Source: a bacterium
GTDB lineage: Bacteria > Margulisbacteria > Marinamargulisbacteria > UBA817 > JABISL01
Direction: 5' to 3'
DNA: 64,000 bases
Assembly: GCA_018700055.1 (NCBI GenBank)
Contig: JABISL010000034.1
Span: 1,560 to 65,559 of the forward strand
In this document: in pieces, positions 16,773-24,927 of the stretch
Position numbering within the stretch: the first letter of the stretch is position 1
How the letters are laid out: each line of letters opens with the position of its first letter
The notes under the pieces: generated by a model
What the model was told of the DNA's origin: nothing
The model's input: only the letters and a program-made list of their open reading frames with translations
Database searches by the model: none
Made by a program: the position numbers and the translations under genes

Positions 16773-18280
16773 TGGGGAAGGTTCGGATAAGCCTACTCGT
16801 TAAGTTTGTTGTCGCCTTGTCTCTCCTGATTGTCATGACCTCCATGATTATCACTCAGTTTTTCTTGACCAAGCAAACTCAACTCTATAGTGAAACGCTA
16901 CAGATGCGGTCTGAAACAGTGACCAAATCATTGGTTCAACATGCTGAGTTAGGTGTGCTGATCGCAAATAAAGAGTTGTTGTTGTCGTTGCTTGGAAAAG
17001 TGATGAAAGATGAGAATGTTTTGTTTACTGCTATTTTGAATCCGAAAAAGCGAATTTTGGCGATGGATAAACAGAAAGCCTTGGACCTAAGACTGGTCAG
17101 TCGATTGATTAGCCGGCTGGATCTTAAACGACCAGAAAAAGGTGTGGTGTCTAAATTGGCGTCAATTAAGGAGCTCGACTACCCGGCGTTTTTTTTGATG
17201 TCGCCAGTGGTTAGTAAAGAAAAAGTAATATTGGATGAAGAGGAGCTATTGTTTTTTACTGACATGGCCGATTCAGTAGGTGGGCAAGTGATTGGTTATG
17301 GGTTAGTTGTGGTTTCTACTAAAGCGATAGCATTAGCCATAAAGCGAAACCGGACGATTAGTTTGTTGATTACCCTGGGCGTTATTGTATTGGGAATTGT
17401 AGTGGGGCTGTTGTTTACGAGCTTTATTATTAAGCCTGTAAAAGCCTTGGTTAGTGGCACTAAATTGGTGTCGGGAGGGGACTATTCTATTCAAGTGGAT
17501 GTGAGCTCAAAGGATGAGATTGGGGTGCTAACGTATTCGTTTAATACCATGGTTGATAAAATCCGAGTGCAGCAAGATCAGCTTATGGACTATAATCGAA
17601 CTTTGGAAGAAAAGGTAAAACAACGCACGTCAGAGTTGGCTGTCGAAAAAGAAAAATCTGATGAGTTGCTACTCAATATTTTACCGTTATCAATTGCTGA
17701 TCGTCTCAAAGCTAAAGAAGAAACCATTGCAGATAGTTTTGATGAGGTGACCGTTTTGTTTTCGGATATTGTTGGGTTTACCCCACTTTCTTCCAAAATA
17801 TCAGCTACAGAATTAGTTGTTTTGCTTAATGACATTATCTCCGAATTTGACCGTATGACGGAGCGGTTTGGGTTGGAAAAAATTAAGACCGTTGGGGATG
17901 CCTATATGGCAGTGAGTGGTGCGCCAGACTTTCGCTCAGATCATGCCGAGTGTGTAGCAAATATGGCGCTGGAAATGAGAGAGTTTCTGAGTGACTATCA
18001 TTCCAAAACAGGCGATGCGATTAGTATTCGAATAGGTATAAATACCGGACCTGTGGTTGCAGGTGTTATTGGCCTCAAGAAGTTCGTTTATGATCTTTGG
18101 GGCGACGCGGTTAATGTGGCTAGTCGTATGGAATCCAGCGGCGTTCCAGGCGAAGTTCAGATCTCAGAAAGTACTTATGCCCATATTAAGGACAAGTTTA
18201 TAACCGAAGATAGGGGCGAGATAGAAGTAAAAGGCAAAGGGAAAATGCAGGCATACCTCTTAAAAGGAACGCTCGGATAA
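16772..18280 (+). CDS. membrane-anchored class III adenylate/guanylate cyclase with a HAMP domain
   Basis: 502 aa with an N-terminal TM, a periplasmic region and a second TM. It has HAMP (ALVSGTKLVSGGDYSIQVDVSSKDEIGVLTYSFNTMVDKI) and CYCc-domain motifs (VTVLFSDIVGFTPLSS, KTVGDAYMAVSG, WGDAVNVASRMES). Confidence 0.85.
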   Translation: MGKVRISLLVKFVVALSLLIVMTSMIITQFFLTKQTQLYSETLQMRSETVTKSLVQHAELGVLIANKELLLSLLGKVMKDENVLFTAILNPKKRILAMDKQKALDLRLVSRLISRLDLKRPEKGVVSKLASIKELDYPAFFLMSPVVSKEKVILDEEELLFFTDMADSVGGQVIGYGLVVVSTKAIALAIKRNRTISLLITLGVIVLGIVVGLLFTSFIIKPVKALVSGTKLVSGGDYSIQVDVSSKDEIGVLTYSFNTMVDKIRVQQDQLMDYNRTLEEKVKQRTSELAVEKEKSDELLLNILPLSIADRLKAKEETIADSFDEVTVLFSDIVGFTPLSSKISATELVVLLNDIISEFDRMTERFGLEKIKTVGDAYMAVSGAPDFRSDHAECVANMALEMREFLSDYHSKTGDAISIRIGINTGPVVAGVIGLKKFVYDLWGDAVNVASRMESSGVPGEVQISESTYAHIKDKFITEDRGEIEVKGKGKMQAYLLKGTLG

Positions 18281-18304
18281 ATATTGGAAATATCTGCGTA
18301 TTAT

Positions 18305-18352
18305 TTAATGTTTTTGTCCTCGACGTATAGTAATACGCCTCCGGGAAAAAAA
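18305..18352 (+). repeat. Structured intergenic repeat, copy C (TTTTTGTCCTCGACGTATAGTAATACGCCTCCGGGAAAA). It lies 24 nt after the cyclase stop.
   Basis: It shares CGTATAGTAATACGCCT with copy B and TTTTTGTCCTCGA plus CCTCCGGGAAAA with copy A. Confidence 0.45.
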
Positions 18353-18360
18353 TAAAAAAA

Positions 18361-18456
18361 GCCTTGATCTTCCCAATATTTAAACCGAGCTGGGGAGGAG
18401 TTTTTCGGAAAACCCAGAAGCTGCCTTGATTTTCGGAAAATTTAAATCGATATTGG
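18361..18456 (+). repeat. Two imperfect 33-nt direct repeats (GCCTTGATYTTC..AATATTTAAAYCGA..TGG) separated by about 30 nt, in the convergent 3-prime intergenic region
   Basis: 18361-18393 gccttgatcttcccaatatttaaaccgagctgg versus 18423-18456 gccttgattttcggaaaatttaaatcgatattgg, about 75 percent identical. The CGGAAAAYY motif is also repeated in this region. Confidence 0.4.
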
Positions 18457-18466
18457 AAGTGGCTTT

Positions 18467-19240
18467 TTAATGGGAGTGCGCTTTATGACCATGGTGATGC
18501 GTTTTCTGGGTGTTTATTTCTTCATGTGCATGGGAGTGGTTGTCGGAACGAAGCCTAACATTATCGGGGGAGGGTGTATTTAAAAATCCGTGTATTTGTA
18601 TGAGAAAAAGTAGGGCGCCAGCAACGATAAGTCCTCCATTGGCAAAGGTGCTAAACTTTGTGAATGAGGGTGTTTTTCGCCAGTTGGAAATAAGAATAAT
18701 CATTGCTAATAAGGCGACGATTTGCCCGATTTCTACGCCTACATTAAATGATAATATTCTCATAACAAGGCCATGATCTCCGAGAGGGAGTTGTTGTAGT
18801 CTAGTTGAAAGCCCAAAGCCATGAATCAATCCAAATAAGAAGACGATAGAAATAAGATTGGGGCTTTTTATTTTGAGATACTTTTTGAACCCATCAATAT
18901 TCTCAAACCCTTTGTAACAAACACTCAAGGCGATTATGGCATCCACAAGGTAATAGTTGGCGGAGACATTAAAAATAGTGGCGAAAATGAGTGTAATACT
19001 ATGTCCTAAGGTAAAGGCTGTAATAAACTTGAAGATGTCTTTGAACCGGCGTAAAAAGAAAATAATCCCGAGTAAAAATAAAAGGTGATCATAGCCAGTA
19101 ACCATGTGAATAGCACCTAAACGGATGTACTCTAAATAGCCGCCGTTTAGCATGGTGACTTGGTTTGCTTTAGAAATTCCGTGAGCAAAGGCTTGTGTAG
19201 TTGGAGAGAGACAGATTATTAGTAAGAATTTTTTTAGCAT
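18467..19240 (-). CDS. HupE/UreJ-family membrane protein (Ni/Co-type metal transporter accessory) with a His-rich C-terminal tail
   Basis: 257 aa with a signal peptide and multiple TM segments. The C-terminus reads HSHAHEEINTQKTHHHGHKAHSH. Confidence 0.6.
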   Translation of the reverse strand: MLKKFLLIICLSPTTQAFAHGISKANQVTMLNGGYLEYIRLGAIHMVTGYDHLLFLLGIIFFLRRFKDIFKFITAFTLGHSITLIFATIFNVSANYYLVDAIIALSVCYKGFENIDGFKKYLKIKSPNLISIVFLFGLIHGFGLSTRLQQLPLGDHGLVMRILSFNVGVEIGQIVALLAMIILISNWRKTPSFTKFSTFANGGLIVAGALLFLIQIHGFLNTPSPDNVRLRSDNHSHAHEEINTQKTHHHGHKAHSH

Positions 19241-19256
19241 ATTGATACCTTCTTTT

Positions 19257-19691
19257 TTAAATTTTGGCTTTTGCTGTGTCGAGTTTATCTTGAACCATCT
19301 GAGTGTTGGGGTGGTTGGGGCCGAGGGTTTCGGTGAGTTCTGCGATGGCTTGTTCGTAGTGAATAATGGCTTTTTTGGGACGGAGAGTTTGATCGAAAAG
19401 GGTGGCGATTTGGAATAGGATTCCAGCCGAATCTTCGTGCGGTTTTAGGTGATGATTTTGAGATGTTTTTAAGGCCTCAAAATAGTGCTCGAAGGCTTCT
19501 TTACGATGACCAAGAGATCGATGGATTATAGCGATTTCAAGGTGTACATTACTAAGCGTTTCGGGATCAGGAGTAACGGTTAATTGATCGAGAACGAGAT
19601 TGAGTGACTCTAATGCCTTGCTAGGTCGATTTTGATTTAGCCAGTTTTCCGATTTTTGGAGCAACTGATCAATTGCGTCTGTCTTAGTCAC
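19257..19691 (-). CDS. TPR-repeat protein
   Basis: 144 aa of helical repeats with a TPR-like pattern (AIIHRSLGHRKEAFEHYFEALK...). Confidence 0.45.
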   Translation of the reverse strand: MTKTDAIDQLLQKSENWLNQNRPSKALESLNLVLDQLTVTPDPETLSNVHLEIAIIHRSLGHRKEAFEHYFEALKTSQNHHLKPHEDSAGILFQIATLFDQTLRPKKAIIHYEQAIAELTETLGPNHPNTQMVQDKLDTAKAKI

Positions 19692-19693
19692 TT

Positions 19694-21166
19694 TTAGTGG
19701 TTGCCTGCGATGCTAGTGAACCCTTTTTCGGACTTGAACTTGGAACTCTCAAATTGGTGAAGCTTTTCAAGGTGTGTCCAATGTATGATTTTTCCAAAGG
19801 CTTGAAGAAAAGAAGCGATCTGGGTTTCGGCATCGGGATCATTGGTTAATAATCGGATACGATATAAGTCGATTGGATGGGTGTCCGATGTATCGTTTAT
19901 GTGGACACAGCTGCCTCGATTGGCTATGCAGTCGAGTGTAAATGGCCCGGAAACAATCGTGGATTGAACGATTTTTTCTATTTCTTTGGCTTGTGCCTGA
20001 GATTGGAAATAAACATCGATGCCAGCGAGGATGCGTTTATGAGGTGTATTGCTATATTTGGGTAGGGTTTTTTTAATTTGGACAGGCGCATAGGGTCTGG
20101 AAGTGTACTGGGTTGGACTTTTTCCTAAGTTACCAATGACCTGGTTGGTGAACTCTTTCGTTCCTAGTGCAGGATTTGATTTGGCAAGGTCACCGGTTAG
20201 TTGGCCACTTTCTAGTGTCGTGTAAAGGGCTTTTTCAATAGATGTGGCTTCATTAAATAATTCTAAATGGCGGAGCATAATGATACTCGCAGAAATGAGG
20301 GCCGTAGGGTTGGCGAGATTTTTACCAGCAATATCAGGGGCGGACCCATGAACGGCTTCAAAGATTGCGGCGTTATAGCCAATATTGGATGAAGCGGCGA
20401 CGCCGAGGCCTCCTACTAATCCAGAAGTGAGATCACTAAGGATGTCACCATTCATATTGGATGTGACGATGATATCGAATAGTTCGGGTCGGATGACTAA
20501 TTGATGTGCACAATTATCGATAATAATGTGGTGACCCTCAATATCAGGATATTCGTCGTTAACCGATTCAAAGGTTCGTTTCATTAAGCCTTCGGTAAGC
20601 TTCATGATATTGGCCTTAGTAGCACAATGGACGCTTTTTTTATTAAGCGCTCGCGCGGTTTCAAACGCGAATCGGATAATCTTTTCACAGCCTTGCCGAC
20701 TCATCAACTTGAGACCCTGAGCGACGTCAGGGGTTTCCATATACTCAATTCCAGCATAAAGATCCTCAACGTTTTCTCTAACGACAACTAGGTCGATGTT
20801 TCGGTCACTAAATGGTGTAATAATGCCTGGTAGATTGGTGACTGGTCGCGTATTTGCAAAGGTTTCGAACTGTTTTCTTAAGGTGACATTGGCGCTTTTT
20901 TCGCCGTAGCCAACGGGCGTTTCGAGGGGGCCTTTGAGCGCAATTCTGGTTTGTCGGATAGAGTCCACGGTGGCTTGTGGAACGCCTGTAGGGTCGCCTT
21001 TAAGGAAGACGGAGGCCCCAGCTTCACAGAACTCATACGTTAATGGCACATTGGCAGCTTCTAATACTTGAAGTGCTGCATTAACAACCTCTGGTCCGAT
21101 GCCGTCTCCTGGAATAACGGTGATTTTTTGATGTGTCATTTCTTCATTATCGTGAATTTGGGTCAC
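19694..21166 (-). CDS. isocitrate/isopropylmalate dehydrogenase-family enzyme of NAD-IDH-like type, with an approximately 130-aa C-terminal extension
   Basis: 490 aa. N-terminal ITVIPGDGIGPEV, catalytic loop NMNGDILSDLTSGLVGGLGVAASSNIG. The closest motif match is NAD-dependent IDH (GDILSDL..GGLG..NIG). The C-terminal residues after about 355 are unrecognised. Confidence 0.65.
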   Translation of the reverse strand: MTQIHDNEEMTHQKITVIPGDGIGPEVVNAALQVLEAANVPLTYEFCEAGASVFLKGDPTGVPQATVDSIRQTRIALKGPLETPVGYGEKSANVTLRKQFETFANTRPVTNLPGIITPFSDRNIDLVVVRENVEDLYAGIEYMETPDVAQGLKLMSRQGCEKIIRFAFETARALNKKSVHCATKANIMKLTEGLMKRTFESVNDEYPDIEGHHIIIDNCAHQLVIRPELFDIIVTSNMNGDILSDLTSGLVGGLGVAASSNIGYNAAIFEAVHGSAPDIAGKNLANPTALISASIIMLRHLELFNEATSIEKALYTTLESGQLTGDLAKSNPALGTKEFTNQVIGNLGKSPTQYTSRPYAPVQIKKTLPKYSNTPHKRILAGIDVYFQSQAQAKEIEKIVQSTIVSGPFTLDCIANRGSCVHINDTSDTHPIDLYRIRLLTNDPDAETQIASFLQAFGKIIHWTHLEKLHQFESSKFKSEKGFTSIAGNH

Positions 21167-21186
21167 AAAGTATAGGAGGTTTTGAT

Positions 21187-21636
21187 TTAAGCGATTTGTC
21201 GAATGGCTTCATAGAGTCCAATTCCTACGGTTGTGGCTAGGTTTAGGGATCTAATATTGGGGTTAATCATTGGAAGTGTGACGCATTGATCGGAATATTG
21301 TTGTCGTAGAGTTTCGCTTAATCCAAGCGTTTCACTGCCGAATACTAGAGAATGGTTCGGCGTATAGTTAACTTGGGTGTAGGCTATTTCGGACTTGGTG
21401 GTGAAGAGGGCCAGGGACTTGGGATCCAAAGACGCGAAATAGGATTCTGTATCCGGAAAAACTTCCCAATTTACATAAGGCCAGTAATCAAGCCCCGCAC
21501 GTTTGAGGTGTTTGTCGTCTAAAGTGAACCCCAATTCACCTACCAAATGTAGCCTGGTATTTGTGGCTGCACAAAGGCGAGCCACATTACCGGTATTGGG
21601 AGGGATCTTTGGATCTACGAGAACAATGGTTAGCAT
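21187..21636 (-). CDS. trmL: tRNA (cytidine/uridine-2-prime-O)-methyltransferase of the TrmL/SpoU family
   Basis: 149 aa. The MLTIVLVDPKIPPNTGNVARLCAATNTRLHLV N-terminus and overall size are typical of TrmL. Confidence 0.75.
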   Translation of the reverse strand: MLTIVLVDPKIPPNTGNVARLCAATNTRLHLVGELGFTLDDKHLKRAGLDYWPYVNWEVFPDTESYFASLDPKSLALFTTKSEIAYTQVNYTPNHSLVFGSETLGLSETLRQQYSDQCVTLPMINPNIRSLNLATTVGIGLYEAIRQIA

Positions 21637-21645
21637 CGTTTAGTA

Positions 21646-22629
21646 TTATATCCCGTATTGCCAACCAAGTGTGATGATGGATGTGGTTTCGAGTTGAGAC
21701 CCGTTAAGCGTTTGTGCTATTGGAGTAATCAGTTCTAATGCGAAGCGGTGTCCGGAATAAGGCCCTTCGGGTTGAATGAAGTTGATTCCAAGGCCTATCT
21801 CTGTTCGTGTTCCACCGGAGTTAATTGGGTTGCCGGCAGGCGACTTGGTGCTCGATATTGTAGCGTCTGATCCTTTGATTGATCCCCAAACGGTATGATC
21901 CACTCTGGCTGAGATACTTAAACTGTTTCCTAGAGGTTTTGCGATCCAAGTAGTGGCCTTGTATTGATCTCCTAAGCGATAGTCACGAGGATTGTCATTG
22001 GTACGAATGGTTGCGGAGGTTTGGGCTCCCAAGGACAAGTCAGCGTGTGTTTGAACGTAAGTGAGTCCTGGTAGAAGGGATGTGGACCCGGATCCAATTT
22101 GCATCGGATACGTTTGGACTGACCCTCCAGTGCTTGAGTTAATACGTCCTATTGGTAGGCTTGCCCCTGCTGTGAGATGGAGCTTATGGGTCGGTGTTTT
22201 CCAAATGGTATAGAGCGCAGAAAGTGACACGTCGCCGAACCCTTGAGACATTTCAGACATGGTCGCAGATGACATTTGGTTAATCATTGTCATGTTTTTT
22301 CGTGACCACGGGAGCATGATCATCCATGTGAAGTCGTCTGTAGGGGCGATCATAGCGCCAAGCATAAGCATATCCATACTCATTGACTGAGGCGCCATCA
22401 TATAGCCAGTAGCAGCGCTATTTAGTCCCGCCATGTTCATTCTCATATATCGTGTTGATAGCATCCATTCGCCTTTATTATGGGTGTGCTCACCCATTAC
22501 TGAGATAGGGGCATGGGCATCTGGGCGACTCACAGCCATAGCGGGAGAAAATGCTGAGAGTAATAGTATGCCTGTCATTAGACAAAATAATTTGTTTTTC
22601 ATAGTAATAGTCCTTTGTATATGATCCAA
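21646..22629 (-). CDS. outer-membrane beta-barrel protein with a strongly Met-rich region
   Basis: 327 aa with a signal peptide (LFCLMTGILLLSAFSPAMA). It has a dense Met cluster (MRMNMAGL...MMAPQSMSMDMLMLGAMIAP...WMIMLPWSRKNMTMINQMSSATMSEMSQ) and beta-strand-rich remainder. Confidence 0.4.
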   Translation of the reverse strand: MDHIQRTITMKNKLFCLMTGILLLSAFSPAMAVSRPDAHAPISVMGEHTHNKGEWMLSTRYMRMNMAGLNSAATGYMMAPQSMSMDMLMLGAMIAPTDDFTWMIMLPWSRKNMTMINQMSSATMSEMSQGFGDVSLSALYTIWKTPTHKLHLTAGASLPIGRINSSTGGSVQTYPMQIGSGSTSLLPGLTYVQTHADLSLGAQTSATIRTNDNPRDYRLGDQYKATTWIAKPLGNSLSISARVDHTVWGSIKGSDATISSTKSPAGNPINSGGTRTEIGLGINFIQPEGPYSGHRFALELITPIAQTLNGSQLETTSIITLGWQYGI

Positions 22630-22681
22630 TCTCCGATGTTAAATTTGGGGTGGATATGGATGGAGTTCAGCGTAAGGCTGG

Positions 22682-23131
22682 TTATATTACAAAGGAAGTA
22701 TTGGGTGGCTGTGTGGGTGGAGGCCGCTTAATGGAGCGGGAATTCTCATTTAAATAGGCGAGTTGGGTGGTTGTTATTTTTGGGATAGTTATTGCGAGTA
22801 GTGATGGATTAGCGGCTATTTTCGGGAAGACGGTTTGGTCCAAGTCTTGTGTTTTGGGTTCAGAGGTTGGATTGGGTGATGGTGTTATGGATTTTATTGG
22901 ACTACTAGGGTTACAGACGATGAAGTTGTCGTGTGTGGTTTGACCTTGAGTGGGCAGCAAGGGAATGCTGATACTCATAATCAAGACATAAGTTAGTAGT
23001 GTGAGTGCAGAAATATAGGGTTGGAGTCTACGGAGCATTTGCATAACCTTATTACTATAGTAGCGATATATTACCGTAAGAATTAAGATGTTTACAAGGT
23101 GGGGATGATCACTTATGATACTAAGTCTCAA
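22682..23131 (-). CDS. hypothetical membrane-anchored Pro-rich protein (the start is probably internal)
   Basis: 149-aa ORF with one TM (ISALTLLTYVLIMSISIPLL) followed by a P/S/T-rich low-complexity tail. The track start overlaps the repeat region at 23116-23148. Confidence 0.25.
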   Translation of the reverse strand: MRLSIISDHPHLVNILILTVIYRYYSNKVMQMLRRLQPYISALTLLTYVLIMSISIPLLPTQGQTTHDNFIVCNPSSPIKSITPSPNPTSEPKTQDLDQTVFPKIAANPSLLAITIPKITTTQLAYLNENSRSIKRPPPTQPPNTSFVI

Positions 23132-23148
23132 TTGATACTAAGTCTCAA
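23116..23148 (+). promoter_or_regulatory. Two perfect 16-bp direct repeats (TGATACTAAGTCTCAA) with 17-bp periodicity. They lie 50 nt upstream of the porin-like OMP gene in a divergent intergenic region.
   Basis: Read directly: tgatactaagtctcaa t tgatactaagtctcaa at 23116-23131 and 23133-23148. Confidence 0.5.
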
Positions 23149-23198
23149 AATGTAATATTGACGAGTACAAAATATATAGAAAATACAGGAGATTTATA

Positions 23199-24338
23199 GT
23201 GAAAAAGACAATAGCAAGTATATTAATGATTGGGGTTTTGGTTAGCCCGATGGTGGCAGCGGACTATAAGAGTTTGGATAGTGAAAAAGGGTCTGGCGGA
23301 TACGCTATTACCGCTTTTGATCGAAATGCATCACGGAAAGTGGCATTGGGTGGTTATTTTGATACGGAATTTATTTCGAAAGATGGATCATCTACATTTC
23401 GTGCCCATCGCTTGGTACTAGAAACATCTGCACAATTGCACAAAAATTTGTTGTTTAGTTCAGAAATAGAATTTGAATATGGCGCTAAAATTGCAGGCGA
23501 TTCTACAGATACTGATGGTGAACTTAAGATTGAACAAGTTTGGTTTGATTACCGATTGAATGATGCTCTAACTACACGTACAGGAATTGTTTTGGTTCCT
23601 TTTGGTCGGTTGAATCAGCTTCATGATTCTGATGTTAGAGATACAACAGAGCGTGGCGTATTTGCTAAGTACATAGTTCCTACTACTTGGAGTGACACAG
23701 GCGCAGGGTTGTTGGGTCAGTTAGAATTTGGTGATGTGGAAGTAAGTTATGAAGGGTATTTGATCAACGGATTAAATGCTGCACCTACAGCTGCTAAAGG
23801 GATTCGTAGCTCACGCCCAGGATTCAAAACGGACAACAATGAGAACAAGGCGATTGTTGGTCGATTGGGACTTAGCCCGTATCAAGGATTAGTTGTTGGT
23901 GTGAGTGGTTACACAGGTACTTATGACACCGATGGCGATAAGTCGATAGGGATGTTTGGATTAGATGCTTCTTGGAAAAACGGACCCGCTGAAGTCGTTG
24001 CTGAATGGGCTCAAATTGATGCGAACCAAGAAACAAGCGCAACGCCTCAGACGCTTTCTGGATATTATGTTGAAGGTCGTTACCATTTATCGCCTGCATG
24101 GTTAAAGTCTGGATTGCCTGATTTTAAACATCCAGTAATCACACTGTTTGGTCGTTTGGGATCCGTAGATTTGGATACGTCAGTTGAAGATTCTATGGAT
24201 ATTACTCAATACACGTTTGGATTAAACTTCAGACCTATTGAGAATGTTGCGTATAAGTTTGAATATGAAATTAATGAAGAAAAGACTGATGCTACAGACA
24301 ATAACGCGTTTATTGCTTCGATTGCAGTTGGCTTTTAA
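23199..24338 (+). CDS. porin-like outer-membrane beta-barrel protein
   Basis: 379 aa with a signal peptide (ILMIGVLVSPMVAA). It has an alternating beta-strand pattern and a C-terminal ...IASIAVGF (terminal Phe). Confidence 0.4.
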   Translation: MKKTIASILMIGVLVSPMVAADYKSLDSEKGSGGYAITAFDRNASRKVALGGYFDTEFISKDGSSTFRAHRLVLETSAQLHKNLLFSSEIEFEYGAKIAGDSTDTDGELKIEQVWFDYRLNDALTTRTGIVLVPFGRLNQLHDSDVRDTTERGVFAKYIVPTTWSDTGAGLLGQLEFGDVEVSYEGYLINGLNAAPTAAKGIRSSRPGFKTDNNENKAIVGRLGLSPYQGLVVGVSGYTGTYDTDGDKSIGMFGLDASWKNGPAEVVAEWAQIDANQETSATPQTLSGYYVEGRYHLSPAWLKSGLPDFKHPVITLFGRLGSVDLDTSVEDSMDITQYTFGLNFRPIENVAYKFEYEINEEKTDATDNNAFIASIAVGF

Positions 24339-24366
24339 TTCATTTTCGAATTTGATAGCACGGAGA

Positions 24367-24394
24367 ACGGCTCTTTTGGGAGCCGTTCTTTTTG
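24367..24394 (+). terminator. Candidate rho-independent terminator after the porin gene. Alternatively it lies inside a Tat-like leader of the next ORF if that ORF starts at TTG 24352.
   Basis: ACGGCTC-ttttgg-GAGCCGT, a 7-bp GC-rich stem, followed by tctttttgtg. It lies 28 nt after the stop at 24338. Confidence 0.5.
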
Positions 24395-24486
24395 TGTGTC
24401 TGGGAGTAGAGACAGCGTGTTGGGGGATAGAAACGCCAGATTATTCGGAGAAAATATATGCCACATCGGATCAAGCATTAGTTCAA

Positions 24487-24927
24487 ATGTTTCCCAAGGC
24501 GTTACGGTTTGAAGAAAAGACAGTGACCTTAAGTGCCAAAGAAAAAAAAGTGGTAGAAACCGAATTGGGATGGCGAGTGACCCAAACTAATTACTCAGTT
24601 GTTAATGCAATGGCGGAAGATAAGATCCTAGGATACGGCATAATCTTGGATGAGTTGGGCAAGCATTATCCGATTACTTTTATGGTGGGAATAAGTCCTG
24701 ATTTATCAGTAAGTAATGCGGTAGTGATGGTGTATCGAGAACGGATTGGATGGAAAATTAAGAAACGTCGATTTCTGAAACAGTTTTTTGGGAAGACGTT
24801 GAAGGATGCCATTGCAGTAGATCTCGATATCAATGGAATTAGTGGCGCGACAATATCGTCTTGGGCGGTTGCCTCTGGGATTAGACGGGCATTGGTCGTG
24901 ACCCAGGTGATACAATCTAGACTATGA
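24487..24927 (+). CDS. FMN-binding domain protein carrying an ApbE flavinylation motif. The start is uncertain; in-frame alternatives are TTG 24352 and GTG 24394.
   Basis: The C-terminal DLDINGISGATISSWAV matches the D-x-x-[ST]-G-A-[TS] covalent FMN attachment motif of NqrC/RnfG-type FMN_bind domains. The track ORF 24238.. overlaps the porin gene by 100 nt and is probably over-extended. The TTG-started form would begin IARRTALLGAVLFV, which is Tat-like. Confidence 0.5.
   Translation: MFPKALRFEEKTVTLSAKEKKVVETELGWRVTQTNYSVVNAMAEDKILGYGIILDELGKHYPITFMVGISPDLSVSNAVVMVYRERIGWKIKKRRFLKQFFGKTLKDAIAVDLDINGISGATISSWAVASGIRRALVVTQVIQSRL

Noticed and set aside
24238-24351. Upstream extension of the FMN-binding ORF (MRMLRISLNMKLMKK...) overlapping the porin gene by 100 nt
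   Set aside because: The overlap with a well-supported OMP gene and the intervening terminator-like hairpin make this extension unlikely. The start was placed downstream, and the alternatives are noted.
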